Assembly: GCA_963829525.1 (NCBI GenBank)
Contig: CAWHIJ010000003.1
Coordinates: forward strand, 1,152,001-1,216,000
Direction: 5' to 3'
Length of the DNA stretch: 64,000 bases
From: an uncultured Actinomycetota bacterium
Lineage (GTDB): Bacteria > Actinomycetota > Actinomycetes > JAHEKZ01
Shown: positions 1-10,956 of the stretch, one piece after another
How positions within the stretch are numbered: position 1 is the first letter of the stretch
How the letters are laid out: each line of letters begins with the position of its first letter
Program-made: the position numbers and the translations under genes
The notes under the pieces: model-generated
Seen by the model: only the letters and a program-made list of their open reading frames with translations
What the model was told of the DNA's origin: nothing
The model's database searches: none

Positions 1-117
1 GTGACCTTCTGCATCCTTCATGTACTTCTCGTGCAGTTCGGCACCCTTGAGGGCGTGGTACTGAATAGATACGAGGTCGTAGACGACGTCGTCGGCGGGC
101 GTGTGCGCAGTCCCCAT
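1..117 (-). CDS. Conserved hypothetical protein, 5' part only (runs off window)
   Basis: Manual translation MGTAHTPADDVVYDLVSIQYHALKGAELHEKYMKDAEGH; AAAGGAG RBS; SigF-type promoter upstream. Confidence 0.7.
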   Translation of the reverse strand, partial: MGTAHTPADDVVYDLVSIQYHALKGAELHEKYMKDAEGH

Positions 118-154
118 CAGAGGCTCCTTTCATGGCAGGTGATTGACGTCCCAA

Positions 155-179
155 ATACCCGCGAGCCTCGCGGCTAAAC
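155..179 (-). promoter_or_regulatory. SigF/SigB-type stress promoter
   Basis: GTTT-N15-GGGTAT on minus strand. Confidence 0.7.
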
Positions 180-391
180 GACGAAACGCCAAGAACCTGT
201 CGCTGCCCTGTGCGGCCTCTGCTGGAAACAGCCATGCCCCATGGTGATGCACATACCCGTCGTCGTAGGCTCCGCTCAATGACACCCATCGCGGCCAAGA
301 GGGAAGTGTCTAGCTGTGGCGGCGCCGCACGCGAGAGACAGCAGGGTCGTCTGGTGGCGGCGCGCGTGAGGATGTCAGCGATGGGGGGGCC

Positions 392-2755
392 GTGATCGAG
401 GGCGCCGACCGTGCACGACGTCGACTCAACATCTCCGGTGTCGTGCAGGGGGTGGGCTTTCGGCCCTTTGTGTACCGAATCGCTGGCGAGCTGCAGCTGA
501 GCGGATCGGTCTGCAACGACGCGGGTGGGGTCGTCGTCGAGGTTGAGGGGTCAGTCGAGGCCCTTGAGGGGTTCGAGCGCCGACTGGTTGCGCAGGCTCC
601 GCCGATGTCTCGCGTGGAGTTGGTGCAGAGAACCGACCTGTCCGTCACCGGCGAGAGCGGCTTCCATATCGGCACGAGCCACGACGACGGCACCGGCACG
701 AGCCCGGTGGCTCTGGTGCCGGCTGACACCGCCTGCTGCGCCGACTGCGTCCGAGAGACTCTCGACCCGGCTGACCGCCGGGCGCGCTACCCCTTCACCG
801 CCTGCACCTACTGCGGCCCGCGGTTCACCATGGTGACGGGTCTCCCGTATGACCGGCCCTTCACCACCATGGCGCGCTTTGCGTTGTGTCAAGAGTGTCA
901 ACGCGAGTACGACGACCCCGCAGACCGCCGCTTCCACGCGCAGCCCACTGCGTGCGCGGAGTGTGGCCCGTCACTCTCTTTCCGAAGCACTCGCTCGGGG
1001 GAGCGTGCTAATGCTGTCGGCGACCAAGCACTTGCGTTGGCACTTGCGGTGCTGGAGGACGGTGGGGTCGTGGCCGTCAAGGGTGTGGGTGGATATCACC
1101 TGGCTTGTGACGCCACCCGTCCGGAGGTGGTCAGGCAGCTGCGTCGACGCAAACAGCGCTCGGACAAGCCGTTCGCGGTTCTGGTCCCCGCCATCGACGT
1201 CGCGCGACGGCTCGTGTCTGTCGACGACGTGGCAGAGCGGGAGCTTTGCTCGCCGGCGGCGCCGATCGTGGTGCTTCCGGCCCACGTGGGCGACTGGGCG
1301 CAGGTAGTTGCCGAGTCGGTTGCGCCCCGAGTCCACTCGGTCGGCGTGATGCTTGCCTACACCCCGCTCCACCACCTGCTGTTCCGCCCACACCCTTTGC
1401 GTCCCGACGGGTGGGTGCCCGAGGTGTTGGTGTTCACCAGCGGCAATCTGACCGACGAGCCGATCTGCACCGACCCGGAGGAGGCGGAGCAGCGGCTCGG
1501 TGACGTCGCGGACGCCTTCCTGCATCACGACCGTCCGATCCACGTCGCGTGTGATGACTCAGTCGAGCGGGTTGCGAACCGTGTTGTGCTGCCAGTCCGG
1601 CGCAGTCGGGGATATGCTCCGGTACCCGTGCGCCTGCCGTTCAGCTCCCCGCCGGTCCTGGCAGTCGGCGGAGAGCTGAAGGCGACGGTCTGCGTAACAG
1701 CGGGCGAACGCGCCTGGCTGTCACAACACCTCGGTGACGTCGCCTCGCTGGCGACCCTGCAGTCACTGGAGCGCGCAGTCGACGTGCTCTCCTCGTTGGC
1801 TCGGGTAGCTCCGGAGGCCGTCGTGGCCGACCTTCATCCTGGATACCTGTCGCACCGTTGGGCGCGGGAGCGAGCCGCGGCGACGGGGAGTTCCCTTCTT
1901 TTAGTGCAGCATCACCACGCGCATCTCGCCTCGTTGCTGGCCGAGCACGCGTGGCCAGTGGGTGAGCCGGTGCTCGGGTTCGCCTTCGACGGAACCGGCT
2001 ATGGCCACGACGGCACGATCTGGGGCGGCGAGCTGCTGCTCGGGTCCTACGCAGCGGTCGAACGCGTGGGTCACCTTGCCGCGGTACCGCTGCCGGGAGG
2101 GGACGCCGCAGCGCGCCACCCGTCCCGGATGGCGTTGGCGCACCTGGCCGCTGCCGGCATCGAGCCCGATCCACACCTGCCGCTCGTCGCCGACCCTGTC
2201 GAGCGTCGGGTCCTGGCAGGGATGATCCGCAGTGGGGCCGGATGTGTGCCCACCACCAGCATGGGTCGGCTCTTCGACGCCGTTGCCGCCCTCGTGGGGC
2301 AGACCGGGGAGGCCACCTACGAGGGGCAGGCGGCCGTGGAGCTGGAGGCGCTGAGCGATCAGACGCGGCGGCGTGGCGGCGACCGGTCGGGCCAGACCCT
2401 CGTCATGCCGGTGTCCGACGACTTGGTGATCGATCCGGCCCCTCTGGTCCGAGGGTGCGTCGCTGCCCTGCTCGACGGGGCCACGGCGGGCTCCGTGGGG
2501 CTCGCCTTCCACGAGGCGCTGGCCGCGGCGATGCTGGATTCGGCTCGACGGGTCCGCAGTTCCCACGGGGTTGACGTGGTGGGTCTGACCGGCGGGGTCT
2601 TCCAGAACGCTCTGCTGTCCGACATCGCTCGGGCATCATTGGAGCGAGCCGGCTTCACGGTTCTCATGCACGAGACGGTGCCCGCCAACGACGGTGGCCT
2701 CGCTCTCGGGCAGGCAGCGGTCGCCGCGCTCGGCGGCGCAAAGGAGAGTGGCTGA
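392..2755 (+). CDS. hypF: Carbamoyltransferase HypF
   Basis: Acylphosphatase GVVQGVGFRPFVY, CxxC zinc fingers, KGVGGYHLACDA, QHHHAH, PANDGGLALGQ. Confidence 0.97.
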   Translation: MIEGADRARRRLNISGVVQGVGFRPFVYRIAGELQLSGSVCNDAGGVVVEVEGSVEALEGFERRLVAQAPPMSRVELVQRTDLSVTGESGFHIGTSHDDGTGTSPVALVPADTACCADCVRETLDPADRRARYPFTACTYCGPRFTMVTGLPYDRPFTTMARFALCQECQREYDDPADRRFHAQPTACAECGPSLSFRSTRSGERANAVGDQALALALAVLEDGGVVAVKGVGGYHLACDATRPEVVRQLRRRKQRSDKPFAVLVPAIDVARRLVSVDDVAERELCSPAAPIVVLPAHVGDWAQVVAESVAPRVHSVGVMLAYTPLHHLLFRPHPLRPDGWVPEVLVFTSGNLTDEPICTDPEEAEQRLGDVADAFLHHDRPIHVACDDSVERVANRVVLPVRRSRGYAPVPVRLPFSSPPVLAVGGELKATVCVTAGERAWLSQHLGDVASLATLQSLERAVDVLSSLARVAPEAVVADLHPGYLSHRWARERAAATGSSLLLVQHHHAHLASLLAEHAWPVGEPVLGFAFDGTGYGHDGTIWGGELLLGSYAAVERVGHLAAVPLPGGDAAARHPSRMALAHLAAAGIEPDPHLPLVADPVERRVLAGMIRSGAGCVPTTSMGRLFDAVAALVGQTGEATYEGQAAVELEALSDQTRRRGGDRSGQTLVMPVSDDLVIDPAPLVRGCVAALLDGATAGSVGLAFHEALAAAMLDSARRVRSSHGVDVVGLTGGVFQNALLSDIARASLERAGFTVLMHETVPANDGGLALGQAAVAALGGAKESG

Positions 2756-2756
2756 G

Positions 2757-3010
2757 ATGTGCTTGGGAGTGCCTGGCCGCATCGAGGAGCTGTGGGACAC
2801 CGGGGGGACGCAGATGGCGCGCGTCGACTTCGGCGGCGTCCGCAAGGAGGTCTGCCTGGCGTATCTGCCGGATCTGCAGGTCGGCGACTACGCGATCGTC
2901 CATGTCGGCTTTGCGATCAGCCAGGTCGACGAGGCATCGGCGCATGAGACGCTTCGACTGTTCCAAGAGCTCGGCGCGCTGGAGGAAGAGCTCGGCGCCT
3001 CACCAAAGGA

Positions 3011-3014
<4 letters not shown>
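2757..3014 (+). CDS. hypC: Hydrogenase maturation chaperone HypC
   Basis: MCLGVPG N-terminus and VHVGFAI. Confidence 0.96.
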
Positions 3015-4116
<1,102 letters not shown>

Positions 4117-4120
<4 letters not shown>

Positions 4121-5214
4121 CCACCCCAGATCTCGAGTCGTGGTCGTGTCCGGTGCCTCTGCGCGACACTCCGACGGTGGTTCTGGGTCACGGCGGGGGC
4201 GGGCGGCTCTCGGGTGAGCTGGTGCAGCACCTCTTTGTACCCGCCTTCTCCCGTTCGACCGATGACGTCACGACATCTGCGGCAGATGCTGAGGTGGGAG
4301 CACTCCATCGACTTGGTGACGCCGCGGTGGTGCCGTTCGGCGGCGGTCGGCTGGTCATGACGACGGACTCGTACGTCGTGCGGCCGCGCTGGTTCCCGGG
4401 GGGCAGCATCGGCGACCTCGCCGTCAACGGCACGGTCAACGACCTGGCCATGATGGGTGCTCAGCCGCTCTACCTGACGGTGGGGCTCATCCTCGAGGAG
4501 GGCCTCGAGGTCGCCGAGCTCGGACGGATCGCCGAGGTCATGGGGCGAGCCGCGCGCGAGGCCGGGGTGACCATCGTGGCCGGCGACACGAAGGTGGTCG
4601 ACCGCGGCCACGGTGACGGGCTGTACGTCAACACCGCAGGGGTCGGCATGATCGCCGACGGAGTCGACATCGGGCCAGAACGTGCCCGTCCCGGGGACGT
4701 GGTGCTGGTGAGCGGCGCGATCGGAGAGCACGGCATCGCGGTCATGAGCGTGCGCGAGGGGCTCGAGTTCGGCAGCGAGATCCGCTCGGACACCGCACCA
4801 CTGGCCGGCTTGGTCGCCGACCTGCTGGCGGCCGGCGTCGACGTCCGGGTCCTACGCGACCCGACGCGCGGGGGAGTCGCGGCGACCCTGAACGAGATCG
4901 CTGCTGCCTCGAACGTCGGCATCGCGCTTGATGAACGGAGCATCCCGGTACCGGACGATGTCCGTGCCGCCTGTGGTTTCTTGGGTCTTGACCCCCTCTG
5001 TGTCGCCAACGAGGGAAAGCTCGTGGCCTTCGTGGCGGCCGACAGTGCTGACCGCGCACTGGAGGTCATGCGTGCGCATCCGCGCGGGGGTCAGGCGGCC
5101 GTCATCGGTGCGGTCGTCGAGGAGCATCCGGGCGTGGTCGTTGCCCGAACGCCGATCGGCGGAACCCGCGTGGTCGACTTACCGCTCGCCGAGCAGCTGC
5201 CGCGCATCTGCTAG
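4117..5214 (+). CDS. hypE: Hydrogenase maturation protein HypE
   Basis: HGGGG, DPTRGG, C-terminal LPRIC. Confidence 0.97.
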
Positions 5215-5221
5215 CCACCGG

Positions 5222-5265
5222 TAGCCGCTAAGCGCTGAAATGTACATTTCAGCGCTTAGCGGCTA
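5222..5265. repeat. Perfect 44-bp palindrome; likely TA operator/promoter and possible hyp terminator
   Basis: TAGCCGCTAAGCGCTGAAATGT|ACATTTCAGCGCTTAGCGGCTA centred on TGTACA; TATTGT -10 at 5264-5269. Confidence 0.9.
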
Positions 5266-5275
5266 TTGTGGCGGC

Positions 5276-5542
5276 ATGGCAGAGATAACCGTCACTGAGG
5301 CACGTGCACGGCTGGCGGACGTGGTGGACGAGGCGCGGGTCGCGCACGACCCGGTCTTCCTGACCCGGCGCGGGCGCCGCGTGGCCGCGGTGATCGATGC
5401 CGACGACCTGGAGGGGCTGATCGAAGCAGCCGAGGACCTCGAAGACATCCGAGCCGCGGACGCTGCGCGCGCCGAGGTGGCCGAGTCCGGTGCGCCGCCC
5501 ATCCCGTGGGATCAGGTGAAGGCAGACCTGGGCTTGGCATGA
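5276..5542 (+). CDS. Phd/YefM family antitoxin
   Basis: ITVTEARARLADVV...PVFLTRRGRRVAAVI; acidic C-terminus ending IPWDQVKADLGL; ATGA overlap with toxin. Confidence 0.9.
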   Translation: MAEITVTEARARLADVVDEARVAHDPVFLTRRGRRVAAVIDADDLEGLIEAAEDLEDIRAADAARAEVAESGAPPIPWDQVKADLGLA

Positions 5543-5811
5543 CAGCGGAGTACCGCGTCGAGGTCCTCCCACCTGCGGCGCGCCAGCTACGCAAGCTGGA
5601 CGCAACTGCCCGGCGCAGGGTCCAGGCGGCCATCGAGCTGCTGGCTGTCGACCCGCGGCCGGCCGGCGCCAAGCAGCTAGTCGGGGGCGCGGGCGAGTGG
5701 CGCGTCCGCACCGGCGACTACCGCGTCGTCTACGAGATCCACAATGACGTGCTGCTGGTGCTGGTAGTCGCTGTCGGACACCGCAGGGACATCTACCGCC
5801 GGTCGCGATGA
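5539..5811 (+). CDS. relE: RelE/ParE family toxin
   Basis: YRVEVLPPAARQLRKL, WRVRTGDYRVVYEI, VGHRRDIYR. Confidence 0.9.
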   Translation: MTAEYRVEVLPPAARQLRKLDATARRRVQAAIELLAVDPRPAGAKQLVGGAGEWRVRTGDYRVVYEIHNDVLLVLVVAVGHRRDIYRRSR

Positions 5812-5816
5812 GTGGA

Positions 5817-6273
5817 TCACGCCTCGTCGGTGAGGGCGCTCAGCGCGGCGTCTGCAGCACGTTGGACGGCGGCGCGCACCTCGGGCGACAGCTCGCTGCC
5901 AGCGGCCATTCCGTCCACCTCGATGCCGACCACGAACAGTCGCTGCGGCAGGCGTCCCAAGGCCCGAGACAGCTCGACCGCGGCGGCCAGCCCAAGGGCG
6001 TGGGTTCCGCCGGTTGCCCAGCCGTCGGAGGGCAACGGTGTCTCGGTGACATCGAGGGTCAGCACGGTGCCGGCGAGCTCGGTCGGACTTCATCGCGTCG
6101 ACCACAACTACTCGCTCGACCCCGCTCCAGGTTTCGATGAGCGAGGCCGGGTCGTCCGACTCCTCCACCGAGATCGGCCCTGTAGCGCGCTCGGCGACGC
6201 GGCGAACCACCGAGATGCCGACGCCGTCGTCGCCGCGCTGCAGGTTGCCCAGGCCAATCAGCAGAGGCGTCAT
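5817..6273 (-). CDS. Hydrogenase maturation endopeptidase (one +1 frameshift near 6077)
   Basis: [14 protein letters not shown] and VVVDAM in one frame, GTHALGL...LFVVGIE in the next; removing one base restores [12 protein letters not shown]. Confidence 0.88.
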
Positions 6274-7577
6274 CGACCGTCCACGGTGAGGTCGAGGAAG
6301 TGCGTGGCACACGAGATGCACGGGTCGTAGTTGCGGACCGCCTGCTCGCACTGCAGGGTCAGCTCGTCGTGCGGCAGGTGCAGCCGAGGCTGCACGAACT
6401 TGCGCAGGTCCTCTTCGATGCTGGCCAGGTTCTGGGACGTCGGTGGAACGATCACTGCATCCTCGATGGTGCCGTCGTCGGCCAGCCGGTAACGGTGGTA
6501 GAGCAGGCCGCGGGGTGCTTCGGTGGCCCCGTGACCGGTACCGGCGGTCGGTGGAACCGCAACCGATGCCTCCGCGCCCCCAGCCCAGCCGTCGATGATG
6601 CGAACGGCCTCATCGAGCGCGTAGACCAGCTCGACCGCGCGCACCACGATCGACTGGAACGGGTTGCGGCACTTCGCACCGAGGCCGGCCTCGCGCGCAG
6701 CCTGCTGGGCGAGCGGGGAGAGCTGGTCGTGGTTGAGCGTGTAGCGGGCCAGCGGGCCGACGACGTAGTTGGTCTGACCGTCCAGGTGCGCGTGCAGTGC
6801 GTTCGACCTTGCGACATGCTCCTCGACGGCGACCTCGCCGAACTCGGCCACCGAGAGAGAGCGACCACTGCTGGTGACGACCGTGCCGCCCTCGAGTGGA
6901 TAGCCGTGGGGCGACCGCAGCGCCACGTACTCCTGGGTCTGCTCGAAGTCGGGGAAGTCGAACCCGGAGACCAGCTGGACGGTCGCGACGGCGTGCTCGA
7001 GCGCCTGCTCCAGCTGCGGGCGGATGGCCATCAGCTCCGTCGGCGACGGCATCCGGTAGAACCCGCCGACCTTGACGTTCACCGGGTGGACGGCGCGTCC
7101 GCCGACCAAGGTCATCAGCGCGTTGCCCGCCTTCTTGAGCGAGAGGCCCTGCTCGACAAGGTCGCGGTGGTCGGCGGCCATCTCCACGGCGCCGTCGTAG
7201 CCCAGGAAGTCGGGGGCGTGCAGCAGGAAGATGTGCAGTGCATGGCTTTCGATCCACTCACCGCAGTACAACAGGCGGCGCAGCTGGCCGATCGGCTCGG
7301 TGACTGCGACTCCACACGCGTCCTCGATCGCCGCGCACGAGCTCATCTGGTACGCCACGGGGCATATGCCACAGATGCGGGCGGTGATGTCGGGCGGCTC
7401 GGTGTAGGCACGTCCGCGCAGGAACGCTTCGAAGAAGCGTGGCGGTTCGAAGATGTTCAGCTCGATATCGGTGACCTCGCCCTCGCTGACGCGGACGAAC
7501 ATCGCGCCCTCGCCCTCGACCCGAGCAAGCGGGTCGGCCTTGAGGACGTGGTCGCCGGACGACATCTTGTGCGTCAT
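6270..7577 (-). CDS. hyhL: Group 3b [NiFe]-hydrogenase large (alpha) subunit
   Basis: RVEGEG, L1 [17 protein letters not shown]2 [10 protein letters not shown] plus cleavable tail. Confidence 0.95.
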   Translation of the reverse strand: MTHKMSSGDHVLKADPLARVEGEGAMFVRVSEGEVTDIELNIFEPPRFFEAFLRGRAYTEPPDITARICGICPVAYQMSSCAAIEDACGVAVTEPIGQLRRLLYCGEWIESHALHIFLLHAPDFLGYDGAVEMAADHRDLVEQGLSLKKAGNALMTLVGGRAVHPVNVKVGGFYRMPSPTELMAIRPQLEQALEHAVATVQLVSGFDFPDFEQTQEYVALRSPHGYPLEGGTVVTSSGRSLSVAEFGEVAVEEHVARSNALHAHLDGQTNYVVGPLARYTLNHDQLSPLAQQAAREAGLGAKCRNPFQSIVVRAVELVYALDEAVRIIDGWAGGAEASVAVPPTAGTGHGATEAPRGLLYHRYRLADDGTIEDAVIVPPTSQNLASIEEDLRKFVQPRLHLPHDELTLQCEQAVRNYDPCISCATHFLDLTVDGR

Positions 7578-8380
7578 GGCTGTTCCCTCCCGGCCTTCCC
7601 GAGCGCAGGTTCGTGTCGCTCGCTCTCGGCGTGAAATGCGGGCGACGCTGCGTTGAAGGTGCGGAACACCCGCACCACGTCGCGCTGCGGCATACCCAGG
7701 TCGACCAGCTGGTTACCGAGCGACGCAGCGTTCGCGGTGTCCTGCGGGCCGAAGCAGCCGTAGCAACCCCGGGAGTAGGTGGGACAAAGGGCGCCGCACC
7801 CGGCCTGGGTCACCGGTCCGAGGCAGGGGGTTCCGTGCGCGACGGTGACGCACACAGTGCCGCGCCGCTTGCACTCGACGCAGACGCTGTACGCGGGGAT
7901 CTGTGGCCGCCGCCCGCTCACCAAGGCGGTGAGCACCTCGAGCAGCTGGTGCTTGTCGACCGGGCAGCCACGCAGCTCGAAGTCGACCGCGACGTGCTCG
8001 GCGATCCCAGTGGAGTGGTCGAGCGTCGAGAGGTACTCGGGGTGGGCGTAGACGATCGACCGGTACTCGGCAACGTCGGCGAAGTTGCGCAGTGCCTGGA
8101 TCCCACCGCTTGTCGCGCACGCCCCGATGGTGACGAGCAGCTTCGATGACTTACGGATCTCCTGGATCCGCTCGGCGTCGTGCGGCGTCGTCACCGAGCC
8201 CTCGACCAGTGAGACGTCGTAGGGGCCGTCGACCACGCCGCGGGTGGCCTCGGGGAAGTAGGCGATCTGCACCGCCCCGGCCAGCGGGATCAGCTCGTCC
8301 TCGCAGTTGAGGATGGTCAGCTGGCAGCCATCACAGGACGCGAACTTCCACACAGCCAGCGTGGGACGGTCGGCAGACAT
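7574..8380 (-). CDS. hyhS: Group 3b hydrogenase small (delta) subunit
   Basis: SCDGCQ, GACA, GCP, C-terminal CVEC/CLGP/CYGCFG; no Tat signal. Confidence 0.93.
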   Translation of the reverse strand: MSADRPTLAVWKFASCDGCQLTILNCEDELIPLAGAVQIAYFPEATRGVVDGPYDVSLVEGSVTTPHDAERIQEIRKSSKLLVTIGACATSGGIQALRNFADVAEYRSIVYAHPEYLSTLDHSTGIAEHVAVDFELRGCPVDKHQLLEVLTALVSGRRPQIPAYSVCVECKRRGTVCVTVAHGTPCLGPVTQAGCGALCPTYSRGCYGCFGPQDTANAASLGNQLVDLGMPQRDVVRVFRTFNAASPAFHAESERHEPALGKAGREQP

Positions 8381-8381
8381 C

Positions 8382-9242
8382 TCACAGCTCCCTGGTGGCG
8401 ACGAGTGGGGCGAGCACCGGGTAGTCGAGCACGGGGCCGTCGACGCAGATGAACAGGTCGCGCAGCTGGCAGTGGCCGCAGAGCCCGACGCCGCACTTCA
8501 TGTTGCGCTCCATCGACCAGCGGACGCGCTCGGGGGCGACGCCCCGGTCGAGCAGCGCCTGCGTCACCATCCGCATCATCACCTCAGGTCCGCACAGCAG
8601 GGCCAAGGTCTGTTCGGGGTCGACGTCGGCCCTCGGGATCAGTGACGTCACCAGGCCGACCCGGCCGCGCCAATCGGCGGTGCCGTGGTCGACGATGGTG
8701 TGGACCTCGATGCCGCGCGCGGCCCACTGCTTGAGCTCGTCGGGGTAGAGCTGGTCGGCCGGGCTCCGCGCCCCGTAGAGCAGGGCGACGTTGCGGTAGC
8801 GGTCGCGTTGCGCGACCAGCTGCAGCAGTGCCGGACGCAGGGGGGCGAGGCCGATACCGCCAGTGACCACCAGCACGTCACGGCCCTCACCGTCGGCAAC
8901 CTCCCAGCCGGTGCCGTAGGGCCCTCGCACCTCGAGGACGTCTCCTACCCGTGCCTGCACAAGCATGTGGGTGACGCCGCCGACGTCTCGGATGGTGTGG
9001 CGCAAGGGCGGTGCGGCCGGGTCACCGCTGATCGAGATCGGCACCTCACCGATGCCGAGCCGTCCGAGCATCGTGAACTGGCCCGGCGCGAAGATTAGGC
9101 CAGGTCCGTCCACCGGCTCGAGGTCCAGCGTGGCGGTGTCGGCGGTGTCCTGGTGGCGGGCGACCACACGGAACGGCCGGGGGAGCATCGGGTCGTCCGG
9201 CGCTGCCTCCAGGGCGTGGGTGCCGAGCTCAGTTGAGGGCAC
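8382..9242 (-). CDS. hyhG: Group 3b hydrogenase FAD/NAD(P)-binding gamma subunit
   Basis: [37 protein letters not shown] [2Fe-2S]; GTG start chosen. Confidence 0.92.
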   Translation of the reverse strand: MPSTELGTHALEAAPDDPMLPRPFRVVARHQDTADTATLDLEPVDGPGLIFAPGQFTMLGRLGIGEVPISISGDPAAPPLRHTIRDVGGVTHMLVQARVGDVLEVRGPYGTGWEVADGEGRDVLVVTGGIGLAPLRPALLQLVAQRDRYRNVALLYGARSPADQLYPDELKQWAARGIEVHTIVDHGTADWRGRVGLVTSLIPRADVDPEQTLALLCGPEVMMRMVTQALLDRGVAPERVRWSMERNMKCGVGLCGHCQLRDLFICVDGPVLDYPVLAPLVATREL

Positions 9243-9699
9243 CGGGCGCTCCGTACAGGTCGAGCAGTCGGACGCGGGCGGCCTGCAGCCGCTCGTACAT
9301 GACACCGGCCACGCGCTGCATGAGGTGGTAGCCGATTTCAGGGTCGGCGTCGCACTTGTCGCGCAGGCACTTGCCGTCGAAGACGACATGGCTGGTGGGC
9401 TCGACGGCGCGCGCGTCGAAGAGCCAGCGGTACGGCGGGATCAGCCACGACCAGCCGAGCACCTCGCCGGCTTCCACCGTCTCGATGACGACGGGGCCGC
9501 CGACCGGGTTGTGCGTCTCGATGGTGACGCGGCCGTGCCGGATGACGTAGAACACGTCGGCGGGCTCGCCCTCGCGGTAGAGGTACTCGCCGGTGGAGGT
9601 GTGCCGGTTCGCTGCACAACCGGCGAGGAGGGTCAGCACCTCGGCGTCGAGCCCAGCGAAGAAGGGGTGCTCGTGCAACAGCTGGTCCACGGTGCGCAT
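9229..9699 (-). CDS. Stand-alone cyclic nucleotide-binding (Crp-like) domain protein
   Basis: [27 protein letters not shown]; no C-terminal HTH. Confidence 0.88.
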   Translation of the reverse strand: MRTVDQLLHEHPFFAGLDAEVLTLLAGCAANRHTSTGEYLYREGEPADVFYVIRHGRVTIETHNPVGGPVVIETVEAGEVLGWSWLIPPYRWLFDARAVEPTSHVVFDGKCLRDKCDADPEIGYHLMQRVAGVMYERLQAARVRLLDLYGAPGALN

Positions 9700-9700
9700 G

Positions 9701-10843
9701 TCAGTCTCCTGCAGACGTAGGGGCGGAGGGCTGGGGGTGGGGTGCGGTGGCGCGGATGGCGGCGACCTCGGCGGTCAGGTCGATCGCCACGGGGCACCAG
9801 GTGATGCACCGGCCACAGCCGACACAGCCGGAGGTGCCGAACTGGTCCCACCAGGAGGCGAGCTTGTGGGTGGCCCACTGGCGGTAACGAGACTTGGTGG
9901 TGCCGCGGACGCTGCCACCGTGCAGGTGGGAGAAGTCCGTGGTGAAGCAGGAGTCCCAGACGCGTGAGCGCTCGCTGGAGCCGTCAGCCAGTCCGGACGT
10001 GTCCTCGATCGAGGTGCAGAAGCAGGTAGGACACACGAGGGTGCAGTTGCTGCACGCCAGGCAGCGGCTCGCGACGTCGTCCCACTGCGGGTGCTCAGCG
10101 TTCACGTAGAGCAGGTCTCGGATGTCGGTCGTATCCAGGTGACGGCCCATCCGTCCGACTGCCGAGTCGACCACTGCGGTGGCAGCGGAGGTGTCGGTCT
10201 CGGTCACAGGAGTCGCTGGTAGGCGGTTCAGGAGGTCCGAGCCGCGCGAGCTGCCCGCGCGAATGAGGAAGCGATGTCCGTCGTCGTTAAGCAACTCGGT
10301 CAGCGCAAGATCGAACCCTTCGCGCGGGTCGGGTCCGGTGCCCATGGAGGCGCAGAAGCAAGTGCCGCCGGGGTCGGAACAGGTGACCGCGACGATGAAG
10401 ACCGCCTCGCGGCGGGCCGTGTAGTTGGCGTCGGCGACGGGACGGTCGCGCAGCACGCGGTCGTGCACGGCGATGGCGTGCAGGTCGCAGGAGCGCACGC
10501 CGAACAGCGCTAGTGGTGTCGGGTCAAAGGCGGGTGATGGCTCGCCGTCGGGTCCGGTTCGACGGAGCCGCTCGCGCGCGGGGAACAGCAGCGACTTCCA
10601 CGACTGGGGGCCGACGACGAAGCCAAAGAGTGCGTCGTCCCCACGCTCACGCAGTCGGTAGCAGGCACCATCCTGCTCGTCGCCGACGCCGCGCGGGAGA
10701 TCGTCGACGAGGGCGATCTCGGTTGTGGCGATCACTCCGTCCTGGACGGACGGCCCCATCACGGTCCAGCCGTCGCCGCGGAGGGCGTCGAGCAGGACCT
10801 GAAGGCCGTCGACGGTGAGGACCGCGGCCGTTGGGGGAGCCAT
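9701..10843 (-). CDS. hyhB: Group 3b hydrogenase 4Fe-4S beta subunit
   Basis: [16 protein letters not shown] and [12 protein letters not shown]; GGAGG RBS before MAPPT. Confidence 0.92.
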   Translation of the reverse strand: MAPPTAAVLTVDGLQVLLDALRGDGWTVMGPSVQDGVIATTEIALVDDLPRGVGDEQDGACYRLRERGDDALFGFVVGPQSWKSLLFPARERLRRTGPDGEPSPAFDPTPLALFGVRSCDLHAIAVHDRVLRDRPVADANYTARREAVFIVAVTCSDPGGTCFCASMGTGPDPREGFDLALTELLNDDGHRFLIRAGSSRGSDLLNRLPATPVTETDTSAATAVVDSAVGRMGRHLDTTDIRDLLYVNAEHPQWDDVASRCLACSNCTLVCPTCFCTSIEDTSGLADGSSERSRVWDSCFTTDFSHLHGGSVRGTTKSRYRQWATHKLASWWDQFGTSGCVGCGRCITWCPVAIDLTAEVAAIRATAPHPQPSAPTSAGD

Positions 10844-10902
10844 TGAAGTTACCTCCGCATCGGCGTCTACTCCAGACTCTGGCTGTTGGAGCCCCCACAC
10901 TA

Positions 10903-10916
10903 GGGACCAAAGGCAC
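10903..10916. promoter_or_regulatory. DosR/OsdR-like box upstream of hydrogenase operon
   Basis: GGGACCAAAGGCAC versus core GGGACTWWAGTCCC. Confidence 0.55.
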
Positions 10917-10956
10917 AACCACCCGGCAGCTGACGGCTACAGCCGGCTTGCACCAG

